Shown: positions 7,254 through 16,400 of the stretch, piece after piece
Layout of the letters: the number at the start of each line of letters is the position of its first letter
How positions within the stretch are numbered: the stretch's first letter is position 1
Source of the DNA: an uncultured virus (IMG/VR IMGVR_UViG_3300030380_002570)
Taxonomy: Duplodnaviria; Heunggongvirae; Uroviricota; Caudoviricetes
Virus record (IMG/VR): IMGVR_UViG_3300030380_002570
Direction: 5' to 3' (one strand)
DNA: 20,000 nucleotides
Made by a program: the position numbers and the translations under genes
Notes under the pieces: generated by a model
Seen by the model: only the letters and a program-made list of their open reading frames with translations
Databases searched by the model: none
Told to the model about the DNA's origin: nothing

Positions 7254-8159
7254 TTATGCACCGGGAGTGCCGATAACGGATCTCCAATCGGAAACACCGA
7301 ACGAGTATCGCTCTCGCGCTTTAAAGCGCATGTTTCCAGTGTCAAAGTCACCTTCCATCGCAGTTTTGATGGCGGTTCTTTGAAACAGTTTGAAGCCATT
7401 AGGGGCATCGGTTTTGACAAAGAACGCATCAGTGTCTGTCAGGAAGTGGTTTACCACTGCTCCCTCTGGAAGCATACCCATAGACTTGAGTGCGTTAGTG
7501 TCATTGTCGGCAGTGCCGGGACGCAGGTTAGAGTTCAACACTCGTTCTGCGATAAATTGCAGTTCCTTTGGAATGATTAGTTTCATTCCGCGAACAGCAA
7601 TCTTCAGGCCACGCTCGTCGGTAAAGCCTGCGATATCAATCAACATCTGCTCAAGAGACGTTTCGTTGAGATCAGAGGCAGTTGCCAGTACGTTCGACTG
7701 ATTACCCGAAATAGACGGGTGATCGGCTGCGCACAAGGCCGAGCCGTCTCCGATAGGGTTAGACGTGCTGAACGCATTGTTCAGTACGCTTGCCGCTCGG
7801 ATTTGCTTGGTTTGTGACATGGAACGTGCCAGCGCACGAGTGTAGCGTGCCGCCAACTTGTCATAGAGATTATCTTCGATAGCTTCCTCGGTGATCGAAA
7901 AAGCCAGCGCGATTGTCTCGTGCGAGTATCGTGCAGTGAAAGTTTCCTGCGCTTGGTCGAACGAGATAGCGCCGCCTTCTGATTTCACAGGGGCAGTACC
8001 GAAGCCAGAGAGCATTACTTCTTCTTCAAACGCTCGGTCCGAAGACTCCGTGTCAAAGATTTCTGCGTGCTCTTGGTCGTAACGATCATATTCTAAGCCG
8101 AACAAAGCATTTAGGCCGGGTTCAAGCTCTTTCGCCAATTGGGCGCGTGTAATAGCCAT
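7254..8159 (-). CDS. Major capsid protein (HK97 fold, Mu gpT-like family)
   Basis: 301 aa. MAITRAQLAKELEPGLNALFGLEY, SDRAFEEEV, FSITEEAIEDNLY, DFDTGNMRFKARERYSFG. GGGAGA RBS; followed by a terminator. Confidence 0.92.
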   Translation of the reverse strand: MAITRAQLAKELEPGLNALFGLEYDRYDQEHAEIFDTESSDRAFEEEVMLSGFGTAPVKSEGGAISFDQAQETFTARYSHETIALAFSITEEAIEDNLYDKLAARYTRALARSMSQTKQIRAASVLNNAFSTSNPIGDGSALCAADHPSISGNQSNVLATASDLNETSLEQMLIDIAGFTDERGLKIAVRGMKLIIPKELQFIAERVLNSNLRPGTADNDTNALKSMGMLPEGAVVNHFLTDTDAFFVKTDAPNGFKLFQRTAIKTAMEGDFDTGNMRFKARERYSFGVSDWRSVIGTPGA

Positions 8160-8172
8160 TTAGACTCTCCCG

Positions 8173-8823
8173 TTAAATGCCAGTTGTCGTGGCAGTGGTT
8201 TGTGAATCGAAACGCGCATTTGGAGAGTTGTAGTGTGAGTTAATTCGCACAACCAAGCCAATACCTGCGGCTGCGAAATCACTGTTGGCTTCGTCATCGA
8301 CGATACCCATGATTTTCAGCGGCAGAGTAGCCGTTGTAGCGATTGATGACACTGACAACGCTGAGTTAGAGCGTCCGGTATCCGTGCTGCCCGTTCGAGC
8401 AGACGTGCCAAGGCTAGCATTCGCAAAAACACCCGTTAGAGCAGTAGCTCTGTCGGTGATTGATGCGTCAGTAGCAACTTGGAAAGTTTGCATCGGGTTG
8501 TCTGCAACGAGAGCTTTGACGGGGTGATTTGTGTCAACGCTAACGCTAGCTGAACCGGGCCAGTAGTTTAAATAAACAGGCTTCTTACTTACTGAATCCA
8601 TGTACTGAATTCCCATCAACACACCCAGCGCAGCAGTTGTACCGCCCGCCGTGTCGCCTGCTTGATCAATAACACCAGCCGAAGTAGGAACTACGATGCT
8701 GTATTGAAAAATAGCGTTAGTGTTGTTAGAGGCAATTTCGTACTCAGTAATCCCTGTTGAATTTGCGGCTGCGCCGACAAGTCCAATAGGACGAAGCCCG
8801 TAAGCGGTTTCTTGATTTGCCAT
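8173..8823 (-). CDS. Putative minor capsid / cement protein
   Basis: 216 aa. MANQETAYGLRPIG...GVLMGIQY...TATLPLKIMG. AGGAG RBS. Directly upstream of the major capsid gene. Confidence 0.65.
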   Translation of the reverse strand: MANQETAYGLRPIGLVGAAANSTGITEYEIASNNTNAIFQYSIVVPTSAGVIDQAGDTAGGTTAALGVLMGIQYMDSVSKKPVYLNYWPGSASVSVDTNHPVKALVADNPMQTFQVATDASITDRATALTGVFANASLGTSARTGSTDTGRSNSALSVSSIATTATLPLKIMGIVDDEANSDFAAAGIGLVVRINSHYNSPNARFDSQTTATTTGI

Positions 8824-8840
8824 GTTTTGCTCCTAAAAGC

Positions 8841-9326
8841 TTACTTACGAGGACCACCAAAAGTTACACGGGATTGACGTTCTGGTTTGTCAATCACCAT
8901 AGTTGAGTGTGCATTCTCGCGAAGAACATCCGTTTCAATGGCTTCAGCTTGATCTGCGTTCTTTCTCTCGAAATACTCAGTTCTTTCTGCAACCGTTTCC
9001 AACGGGATTCTTGCCAGAAGCAACCCGCCAACACCAAACACGCCTTCATATTTCCCTGATTCTACAGTAGGTGCCTCAAAATCCGGGTACTCATCGCGTC
9101 GAACTAACTCGTAGCCCTCTCGCATACGAGATGAAATGTTTGTGCGGTCTTCAAAACCACGCACTTCAGCACGTATCCAACGATGTTTATACCCTTCCGG
9201 CGCAGGGGGCGCGTCTAATTTAGACGGTGGACTCCACGGTTTTCTTCTAACCTGTGTAGCCCGTGATGATTTAGCGCGGGAAGTTCTCTTGATAGCATCA
9301 ATTTCATCTTTTTGATTATCCGTCAT
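8841..9326 (-). CDS. Conserved phage head-module protein of unknown function
   Basis: 161 aa. WSPPSKLDAPPAPEGYKHRWIR, REGYELVR and VGGLLLARIP. ATGA coupling with the scaffold gene. Confidence 0.85.
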   Translation of the reverse strand: MTDNQKDEIDAIKRTSRAKSSRATQVRRKPWSPPSKLDAPPAPEGYKHRWIRAEVRGFEDRTNISSRMREGYELVRRDEYPDFEAPTVESGKYEGVFGVGGLLLARIPLETVAERTEYFERKNADQAEAIETDVLRENAHSTMVIDKPERQSRVTFGGPRK

Positions 9327-10252
9327 TGTCCTTCCTTCACGTATTTTGCGTACTCTTCGAGTGGCACTCCCAATCTTTTGGCAATTGTTACTTGGCTCGG
9401 GGAGAGACGAACCTTCTTGCCGCGTCCGGACGATTTGTTACGAGATACTCCCGCAACAGCTTGTCCTGAACGATTATTCTTTGGTGCATCTTCTACATCA
9501 GGAAACCTGTGTGGAAATGCATCCCTCATTCGAGAATCTAGCGCATCATAGTAATCATTGCTAGAGGGGTCAAACCCTTCATCTTGAACGAGTTTTTTGT
9601 GTAAACCGAAAGCCGCAAAGGTCATTGCGTCATCAGTTCCAAACCAATCATTCTTTTCTGCCCATTCTTCTGCTTTAGCGTCCGGGGCGGGTACTGACGG
9701 AGCAGGCTGGTATTGAGGCTGAACAAAATTCTGTTGTTCTTGTGCTTGAGCCTCTGCTTCTGCTTGCGCTTGTCTCTGAGCTTTAGCTTGAGCGTGCTTA
9801 TCTGCGGCTAGCGTAAGCTGCGCTATGCGTTCTTGCGCTGCCATCTGCCGCTCTACGTCGCCAGTTTCAATGGCAGTTTTTAGCTCTTCTTTGGCTCGGG
9901 TTTGCTCAGAAACTACCCTATTTCCGTACTCGGTTATGTAGTTTTGATCTAGAGATTGGAGTCTTTGCTTAACAGAGTTGTTCTCTGTTTGAACTGTTTG
10001 AGCGTAACGTAACGCTTCTTCTCGTTCTCTTTCAGCCTCTTTAGCCCGCTTTGTAAGCTGGTTTATGCGTTTTTGAACGCTTTGGCTGTATTTCTCGTGC
10101 TCATCTTCACTAGTTTCTTCTACCTCTACCTCTGGTTCCGCACTTGCTTCAGTGCTGGGGGTAGATTCAATCTCTACTTCTTGAGCTTCTTCCGTAAATT
10201 CTAGCTCTACTTGACCGTCATCGGCCTCGTGAGCAGGTTTTGCTTCACTCAT
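9323..10252 (-). CDS. Putative capsid scaffolding protein
   Basis: Acidic N-terminus, long coiled coil (YSQSVQKRINQLT), WAEKNDWFG, and C-terminal LSPSQVTIAKRLGVPLEEYAK. Start chosen at 10252 from AAGGGA spacing. Confidence 0.75.
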   Translation of the reverse strand: MSEAKPAHEADDGQVELEFTEEAQEVEIESTPSTEASAEPEVEVEETSEDEHEKYSQSVQKRINQLTKRAKEAEREREEALRYAQTVQTENNSVKQRLQSLDQNYITEYGNRVVSEQTRAKEELKTAIETGDVERQMAAQERIAQLTLAADKHAQAKAQRQAQAEAEAQAQEQQNFVQPQYQPAPSVPAPDAKAEEWAEKNDWFGTDDAMTFAAFGLHKKLVQDEGFDPSSNDYYDALDSRMRDAFPHRFPDVEDAPKNNRSGQAVAGVSRNKSSGRGKKVRLSPSQVTIAKRLGVPLEEYAKYVKEGQ

Positions 10253-10263
10253 TTGCATGTCCC

Positions 10264-10710
10264 TTAGTTATGGTGAATATCAGTAGGGTCAAGGATTGTG
10301 GCTAGGATCTCATCATCGTTCAAAATCCTAACCTCGCTGCCAAATCTAGCAGCGTCTTCTCCGTTTAAACGGAACCTAGATCCAGCGTAACGCGCAAAGA
10401 TCACCCATTGTCGCTCTTCGCACCAACCGCCTTGTGGGTATTTTTCGCTGTCTTTGTATGCATCAGGACCTAGACGAAGCACGTATCCAACGTTTGTTTG
10501 AATAGCGTCTTCTTCCAAAGTCTTGGTGTTTAGTAAGATACCCCCCTTACTTTTTCGAGAAGCACGGAAGGGCATAATCAATATGCGCCAACCCGTGGGC
10601 TGGGGTAGTCGTTCAATTGCAGATTTTTCAATCAGAGAAGGGTCTAGCACGCGTTCCTCTTCCGGAACGTATACCTTAGATAAATCCAAGGTTTCTTTAA
10701 CTTCAGACAT
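10264..10710 (-). CDS. groES: Phage-encoded GroES-like co-chaperonin (Cpn10)
   Basis: 148 aa. PTGWRILI, mobile loop KSKGGILL, GYVLRLGP, VIFARYAG and ILNDDEILA all match the Cpn10 pattern. Confidence 0.9.
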   Translation of the reverse strand: MSEVKETLDLSKVYVPEEERVLDPSLIEKSAIERLPQPTGWRILIMPFRASRKSKGGILLNTKTLEEDAIQTNVGYVLRLGPDAYKDSEKYPQGGWCEERQWVIFARYAGSRFRLNGEDAARFGSEVRILNDDEILATILDPTDIHHN

Positions 10711-10900
10711 CCATCATTTCCTGTTTGTCTAGCATTTCAGAAAGCTCTACGAGAACGTAATCGCATGCGCGAATTTCCCCCATACACTCCCTGTAATGTT
10801 CCATATCTTTAATCCCGCCTTCCGACATTAGCTCGGTAATTTGGGCCTTGCGATCCAGCAGCGTCTTTCGGACATACTGCACAATATCGATACCGTCCAA
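10703..10900 (-). CDS. Small conserved hypothetical protein (TTG start)
   Basis: 65 aa helical hairpin, GGIKDMEHYRECMGEI. AAGGA RBS. Overlaps the groES start. Confidence 0.8.
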   Translation of the reverse strand: MDGIDIVQYVRKTLLDRKAQITELMSEGGIKDMEHYRECMGEIRACDYVLVELSEMLDKQEMMDV

Positions 10901-10969
10901 TCTAAGTGTCCTTAATTATCCGACGATATCTCATATTCTCGCGTCTTTGGCACAGGAAATCAACGACCG

Positions 10970-13417
10970 TTATAGGTCACCTTGTGTATTTTGTTGCTTG
11001 AGCAACTCTCTTTGCATGCCCGCATCAATACGAGCCGCCGTCTGGTTTTCTTGGCTTTGTAGCCGTTGTTGGAACTGAGCCTCACGCTGCGCAAGCTTTT
11101 GGCGCTCTAGCTCAAGCTCTTGTTGCTCCATAGCCATGTCGTTTTGTTCTTGCTGCGACTTCAACTGAAGTTCTTGTTGTTTCAACTGAACAAGAGGATC
11201 TGGTCCTTGTTGCGGCTGTCCTGCTTGCTGTACTTGCTGACCAAGCTGCACTACTTGCTGCATGATCGTCGCAACGTTTTGAGCGACCAAAGATTGATAC
11301 TGCTCATTATTAGCAGGGTCAACTAGCGCAACGTTCGGGTTTTGCTGCATAAACGCCTGCTCCGCCTGCTCCTCTGCCATTAACTGAACGTGATTCAAAA
11401 TGTGCTTCTGTATGGCAGCAACTACTTGAGGCAGTGAGGACGCAATACCACCTGTAACAAAGATTAAGTGGGCTTGGATATGCGCCATGTGGTTCTGTCC
11501 CCGGAATGCCTGTAACGCCACGTTATTCAGCGCGTCCATGTTTTCCTGTGCGGGGTCCTTCGGAGAAATCTCGTTTGGCGTGTCCGCCCGCAAGATCATG
11601 TCAGAGTTCTTAACGCCCAACGCGTCGTACACTCGGCGATACACTTCGGGAATGTTATGTATCTCAGGAGCCTGCATAGCCATCTGTAACTCAGTCTGAG
11701 CCAAAGCAATTCGCTGACTTTGAGAAAAAATGTTCGGATCAGATACGGGAAGAACGTCTACCCTATCGTCAAAGTCCTTGGCCTTAACCGTAGACTCTGC
11801 GCCCGGCACCTCATACGGATAGACCGGAGGTAAACTTTCTTTCATCACACGAGCCAAGATCTTGAACTCAATCTTCATGGCGTAATGTAGTCGCTTATGG
11901 ACAGCACTCATTACACGAGTGCCCTGCTCAATCATAGCTATCGTAGTGCCGACAGCCGCGTTTGGATTAGCGTCACCAACTTTCATATCAGTGATGGTGG
12001 CGAAACGCTGCGCAGCGTCCACTACAAAGCCTAGTAGCTGGAAAAGCGTGCCATCCGGGCCTTTGAACGGTAGTGGCATCAAACTGTCTCTAATCTGCCC
12101 TCCGGGCGCGTCAACGTCCCTAAATTCACCCGGTTGTAGCGGCGAATCATCGTCCCTGATCCGCAGGCCGCGAGCCTTGAATCCAGCAGGGAGGTTAGAA
12201 AGCGTACCCGCATCAATCAATTGACGCAGTGCGGCAGTCGCGGTTCGCGATAAACCACCGATTGTGTGAATCAAACCAAGGCCGTAAAACCCAAATCCGG
12301 GCAAAAACTTGTAATGAACAAAGTATTGAATCTTTGTAGTTAAGGGATCTTCTTCCTCATAATTACGCCGAATAGCCAATATTTTGCTGTTTTCTTCGCT
12401 AATAGTGACGATATACGGCACTTTTATGCCTGTTTCTTCACCATCTTCATCTTTGTTTTCATAGCCGGGAAGATCTAAATCCGCATGAAACTCCAACAGA
12501 GTGCAGTCGTAATCGATGCTTGAAGCACTTACACCGTCAATATGATCGATTTCATCCGAAATACTGCTGCTGGATGCCTGCGACGGTAAAACAGGAACAT
12601 CGCGGTAAAAACCAGAGATCTGCTGCTTACGAAGATCATTCAAGGACGTGCGAACAACGTGTGTAATACACGGGCAGGTAGCCAGATCCGATGTTTCATA
12701 AGGCACAACCAAGTGCTCTGCCGGTACGAATTTACTGACAGGGCGTCCTAACGTGTCATCAAAGTAAACTTTCTTAAAAGTACTGCCCGCTAAAGGTAGG
12801 TTGAACAGCATTTGATCGAATTCAGGGGTGTATTCCTCCATCACGTTGGTGATGTAGTAATTCATAAAGTTTTTTACGCGAGTAGCCTGCTCAGACTTGG
12901 CGTGCGTTGTCGATCCAAGAACCGTGGTCCGTATAGGGCCTCCCGCAGGCAATAGCTCATTGAAAGCTTGTGCCTGAAATTGCACAGCAGCTTCGGCAAG
13001 TAGGGGATGTGTAACGCCTGTAGCGCCCCTAAAAGGCTCTGTACGCTCTTCGTAGTTGAACCCTAGTAGTTCTAGGCCGTTAGAATAAGCCTCCTCCCAA
13101 TCGTGCCTAGACGCTCTGTTAGCGTCGTATTGCTCCATCAGGTCGTTGGCTACCTCCGCCATCTCGGATTCCGACATAAATTCCGCTAGATTGTCGAAAA
13201 AATCGTCTTCACGGTCTTTGTTTCGCAGTGGATCAAAGTCAAAGGTGACACCGCCATCCTCGTCTTGTGTTACTTCTACACCTTCAACGCTCATCACACC
13301 GTTGGTATCAAGCCCGTTAGGAAGCGCCTCAACTTCTACGGAAAGAAGTTCTTCTTCAGAAAGGTCCATGCCCTCTCTGTCCATCAACGAAACGGGAGGT
13401 CTATCGCCATTTGCCAT
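10970..13417 (-). CDS. Portal protein (P22-like size with a Gln-rich C-terminal coiled coil)
   Basis: 815 aa. FFDNLAE, HPLLAEAAVQFQAQA, LPLAGSTFKKVY, FLPGFGFYGLGLIH and LRQLIDAGTLSNLPAGFKARG. Long Q-rich tail. Confidence 0.92.
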   Translation of the reverse strand: MANGDRPPVSLMDREGMDLSEEELLSVEVEALPNGLDTNGVMSVEGVEVTQDEDGGVTFDFDPLRNKDREDDFFDNLAEFMSESEMAEVANDLMEQYDANRASRHDWEEAYSNGLELLGFNYEERTEPFRGATGVTHPLLAEAAVQFQAQAFNELLPAGGPIRTTVLGSTTHAKSEQATRVKNFMNYYITNVMEEYTPEFDQMLFNLPLAGSTFKKVYFDDTLGRPVSKFVPAEHLVVPYETSDLATCPCITHVVRTSLNDLRKQQISGFYRDVPVLPSQASSSSISDEIDHIDGVSASSIDYDCTLLEFHADLDLPGYENKDEDGEETGIKVPYIVTISEENSKILAIRRNYEEEDPLTTKIQYFVHYKFLPGFGFYGLGLIHTIGGLSRTATAALRQLIDAGTLSNLPAGFKARGLRIRDDDSPLQPGEFRDVDAPGGQIRDSLMPLPFKGPDGTLFQLLGFVVDAAQRFATITDMKVGDANPNAAVGTTIAMIEQGTRVMSAVHKRLHYAMKIEFKILARVMKESLPPVYPYEVPGAESTVKAKDFDDRVDVLPVSDPNIFSQSQRIALAQTELQMAMQAPEIHNIPEVYRRVYDALGVKNSDMILRADTPNEISPKDPAQENMDALNNVALQAFRGQNHMAHIQAHLIFVTGGIASSLPQVVAAIQKHILNHVQLMAEEQAEQAFMQQNPNVALVDPANNEQYQSLVAQNVATIMQQVVQLGQQVQQAGQPQQGPDPLVQLKQQELQLKSQQEQNDMAMEQQELELERQKLAQREAQFQQRLQSQENQTAARIDAGMQRELLKQQNTQGDL

Positions 13418-13426
13418 AATTCTTTC

Positions 13427-16400
13427 CTACATTGAGCCGGGGTTTACGCTGATATCCGAAAACTGGTTCAACGCGCCAAGCGGCGGCAACCCTAGTTTTC
13501 TTCTATCTTCGTTTATTAGCCGTAACTGTTCTACGGTGTATCCCATAGAGTTAGCAACAGCTTCTTCGCCTTGTCGGCTTAGGTATACGTTTATAAAGTC
13601 GTTTTCCGCAGCTTCTTTCGCAGCGTAATAGTCCTCAACAGGGCCGTATTTCTGTTCCCAAACAAGTTTTTTGGCGTTATATGCAGTGATTGCGCCAATG
13701 CCTCCACCACTTCTCACCGGAGGCGGCTCGGGGTAAAAGTTTGTTCCGGACGATGTCCCCGTCAATGCAGACGCGCTGGGGGTATCATCCATAACCGCCT
13801 CTGTATCCGGGGCCTGATACTCCTCAACAGGGCCGTATTTTCTTTCCCAGTTGGCTAGCTCTTCTGCATAAACAGACCTGCCAAAGCTTCCTGTTGAATA
13901 CTGATCCGACCTTGGTGGCGGAGGAGGTTGGTCAGTCGCAGTTTCTGGCCGACCATAGCGAACGCTCAAGAAAGGCATTGACCCAGCCGCCACTTGCGGC
14001 TTGTAAATGGGCATCTGGTACTCACCCTCTACCGCATCAGCAAACGGGTCGCCTGTACGTGCAATGTTCATGTTACGACTTGTGGCATAACCTTCCGTTT
14101 GAGGCGTTATTTCATCTGAAATATCAAAATCAACGACGGCATCAGACAACATCCCCGGCTCAGGACGATCAGGGGTGTCTGCTATAGGCGGAGGCGTAAA
14201 CATCGGCTCCGTAGGCACCGTTACCTCAGTTGGTTGCGGCGGCTGATATACAGGCGGGGGTAAATCCGGGGCAGGTGCCAACATAGGCGGTATGGACACC
14301 GGGGGGCTTGGAGGTTGCACTACATCCACCGGATCGGGTTGCGGTATTCCGGCTTGGCTTGTGTAAGGGTCACCTGTGTCCATCACTTCTACCGCGCCCG
14401 GTGCGGGTCCGCCCGCAACAATTCCACTAGCCGGTCTAACGGCTTGTGAAGGTGAGGGTGAGGGTGAGGGCGAAGGCGAAGGCGAAGGCGTGAACGGAGC
14501 CGTTTGTTGTTGCGCGGGCGGCGGTGCGCTAACTATGGGGGCCGCAGAAGGTTCCACTGGAATTGATTGCGAAGCTGCTATAGCAGCACGAATGGCTTCC
14601 GGATCTATGCCAAAGCCCGGATTCATCATCGCAGGACCCATACCGGGCGTTTCCGACCTAACATAGTCTCCGCGATCAAACTGCGTGTAATCTGGTCTAC
14701 CGCCTCGGCTCATCTGTACAGGCATTGTTCCACGTGGAACATTTCCGGCACCTGCCAAGGGTCCAGAGGTGTTGTACTTGTTCAAAAGGTTGGTTAGACC
14801 TTGGGTTACTCTAGGTTTCATAGTGTTCACCATACCACCGTTGGCGTATAAGTTGTCAGTTGGGTAGCCCGCTTCTTGCCGCAAGCGAAAGATTCTTTGA
14901 TTGACCCGATTGAGTGACGCTTGAATTTCTGACCGTTTTCGGGAACCTAGATCGTCTTGTCGCAAAGCTCCCATCATGCCATCTCGCATGGAAAGAAGAT
15001 TTGCTGCCGGGTCCTCTGTCGGAACGGGCTTGGGTGGCCCCATGCCCGGTAAATCCATTTGCGGATCATTAGGGTCGTCAATAGAAAAAGACGGCTGGCC
15101 TTTACGGCCTTCGGCCAGCGAGTAAACAAGCCCGCCTTGAGGTAGCACCATCCCTTGCGTGACTTCAGGGTCGAGGGTTTGCATTCCTGCGGGAGGGACT
15201 TTGTCAGTAAACGGTCTTAACTCACCAGACGGATGGCGCAGATACTCGCCTTCTTCAATGCCTTCAAACCTTCTTTGCACGTTACGTGCTTCGACTTCAC
15301 CCGGATTACCGGCATACATCTCGTATGATCGACTGTTTATTTCGTCTATCTGTTCTTTTTCTTTGAGTATTGGTCGTAGCTTTTGTATCTGTTCGTCAAA
15401 AGCGTTACCGATTCTTTCGGCGACTTTTTCTGAGTTTTTGACTCCGGCTTTTTTAAGCTCATCAGCCAAATAAATCATTTCTCGGTCAGAACCCCCGTAT
15501 CGAAAAGCCTGACCCCGATACTCTGTTTCAACGTCGGCAATTTCGTCTTCCGATGCCCCAAGATCTCGCAGTTGTTGTTGACGACGTGCAATAGCGTCTT
15601 CGAGTTCACGCCGGGATCTCTCTCCGACAGTAAGCTCCCCCGCAGCAAGCTGTTCCTCCTCTTCTGCACGCGCTCTGAGATAACCGATGGTTGCGCGTTT
15701 TACAAACCGGACTCTTTCCTCGTCTGCGCCTGCTAATCCCGTCTGAGTGCGCGGCGGCAATGTCGGCGAAGACAATTCAAATATTTTCCCAAAAAGCCCT
15801 GTTTTTGGTTTTTTCAATGCGGGGTCATCAAGGGTCACCACCAGATTGTCTAAACTATCCCCAATTTCCTTGTCTACCTCTTTACGGGCATTTTGGTTTT
15901 TAGTTTGTCTTTCCGCAAAGCCCGTAGGTTCAAACATCCGGGTGTTGGCACCGCCGTACAAGCCTTCGATGTCTTGCACCGCATGCTGAACTTCATGTAA
16001 CAGCGTGCTCATCATTTCTTTGCGACCTTCTGCCGTATTCGGCACGGACGCGAGAGAAATCTCTTTCGTGTCGGGGTTGTAAGCACCTTTAAGAAAGAGT
16101 GCCAAAGAGGGGGTTGGTTTTATTTGTATCGAGCGTAACTGAGGGTATTCGTCAAAAAGTTCAGGAAAATCAACGATTTGCTCTAATACAGGAGCTGGGA
16201 ATTTTGTCAAACCATCCCTACCAACCTTAGAATCCAATTTCGTAAAGCCGTATTTATTTAATTGTGTTTCGTCTAGATCAGAAAACCCCGGCACGTGTAT
16301 GTATTCTTTATCGTTATATTTGTTTATGCGTATACGAAGACCTTGCATCGCCTCAAGACGCTGTTGATCTCTAGTCTCCGGGTCTAATAACTTACCCAAC

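Noticed and set aside
7190..7429. Alternative-frame ORF over the capsid C-terminus as a programmed frameshift extension
   Set aside because: I found no clear slippery sequence near the capsid stop, and the frame runs through the terminator hairpin.
13632..13840. 20-bp direct repeat as an att site or DGR template/variable repeat pair
   Set aside because: Both copies are in frame within one gene and encode the same peptide. There is no adenine-specific mismatch pattern, and no integrase or reverse transcriptase in the window.
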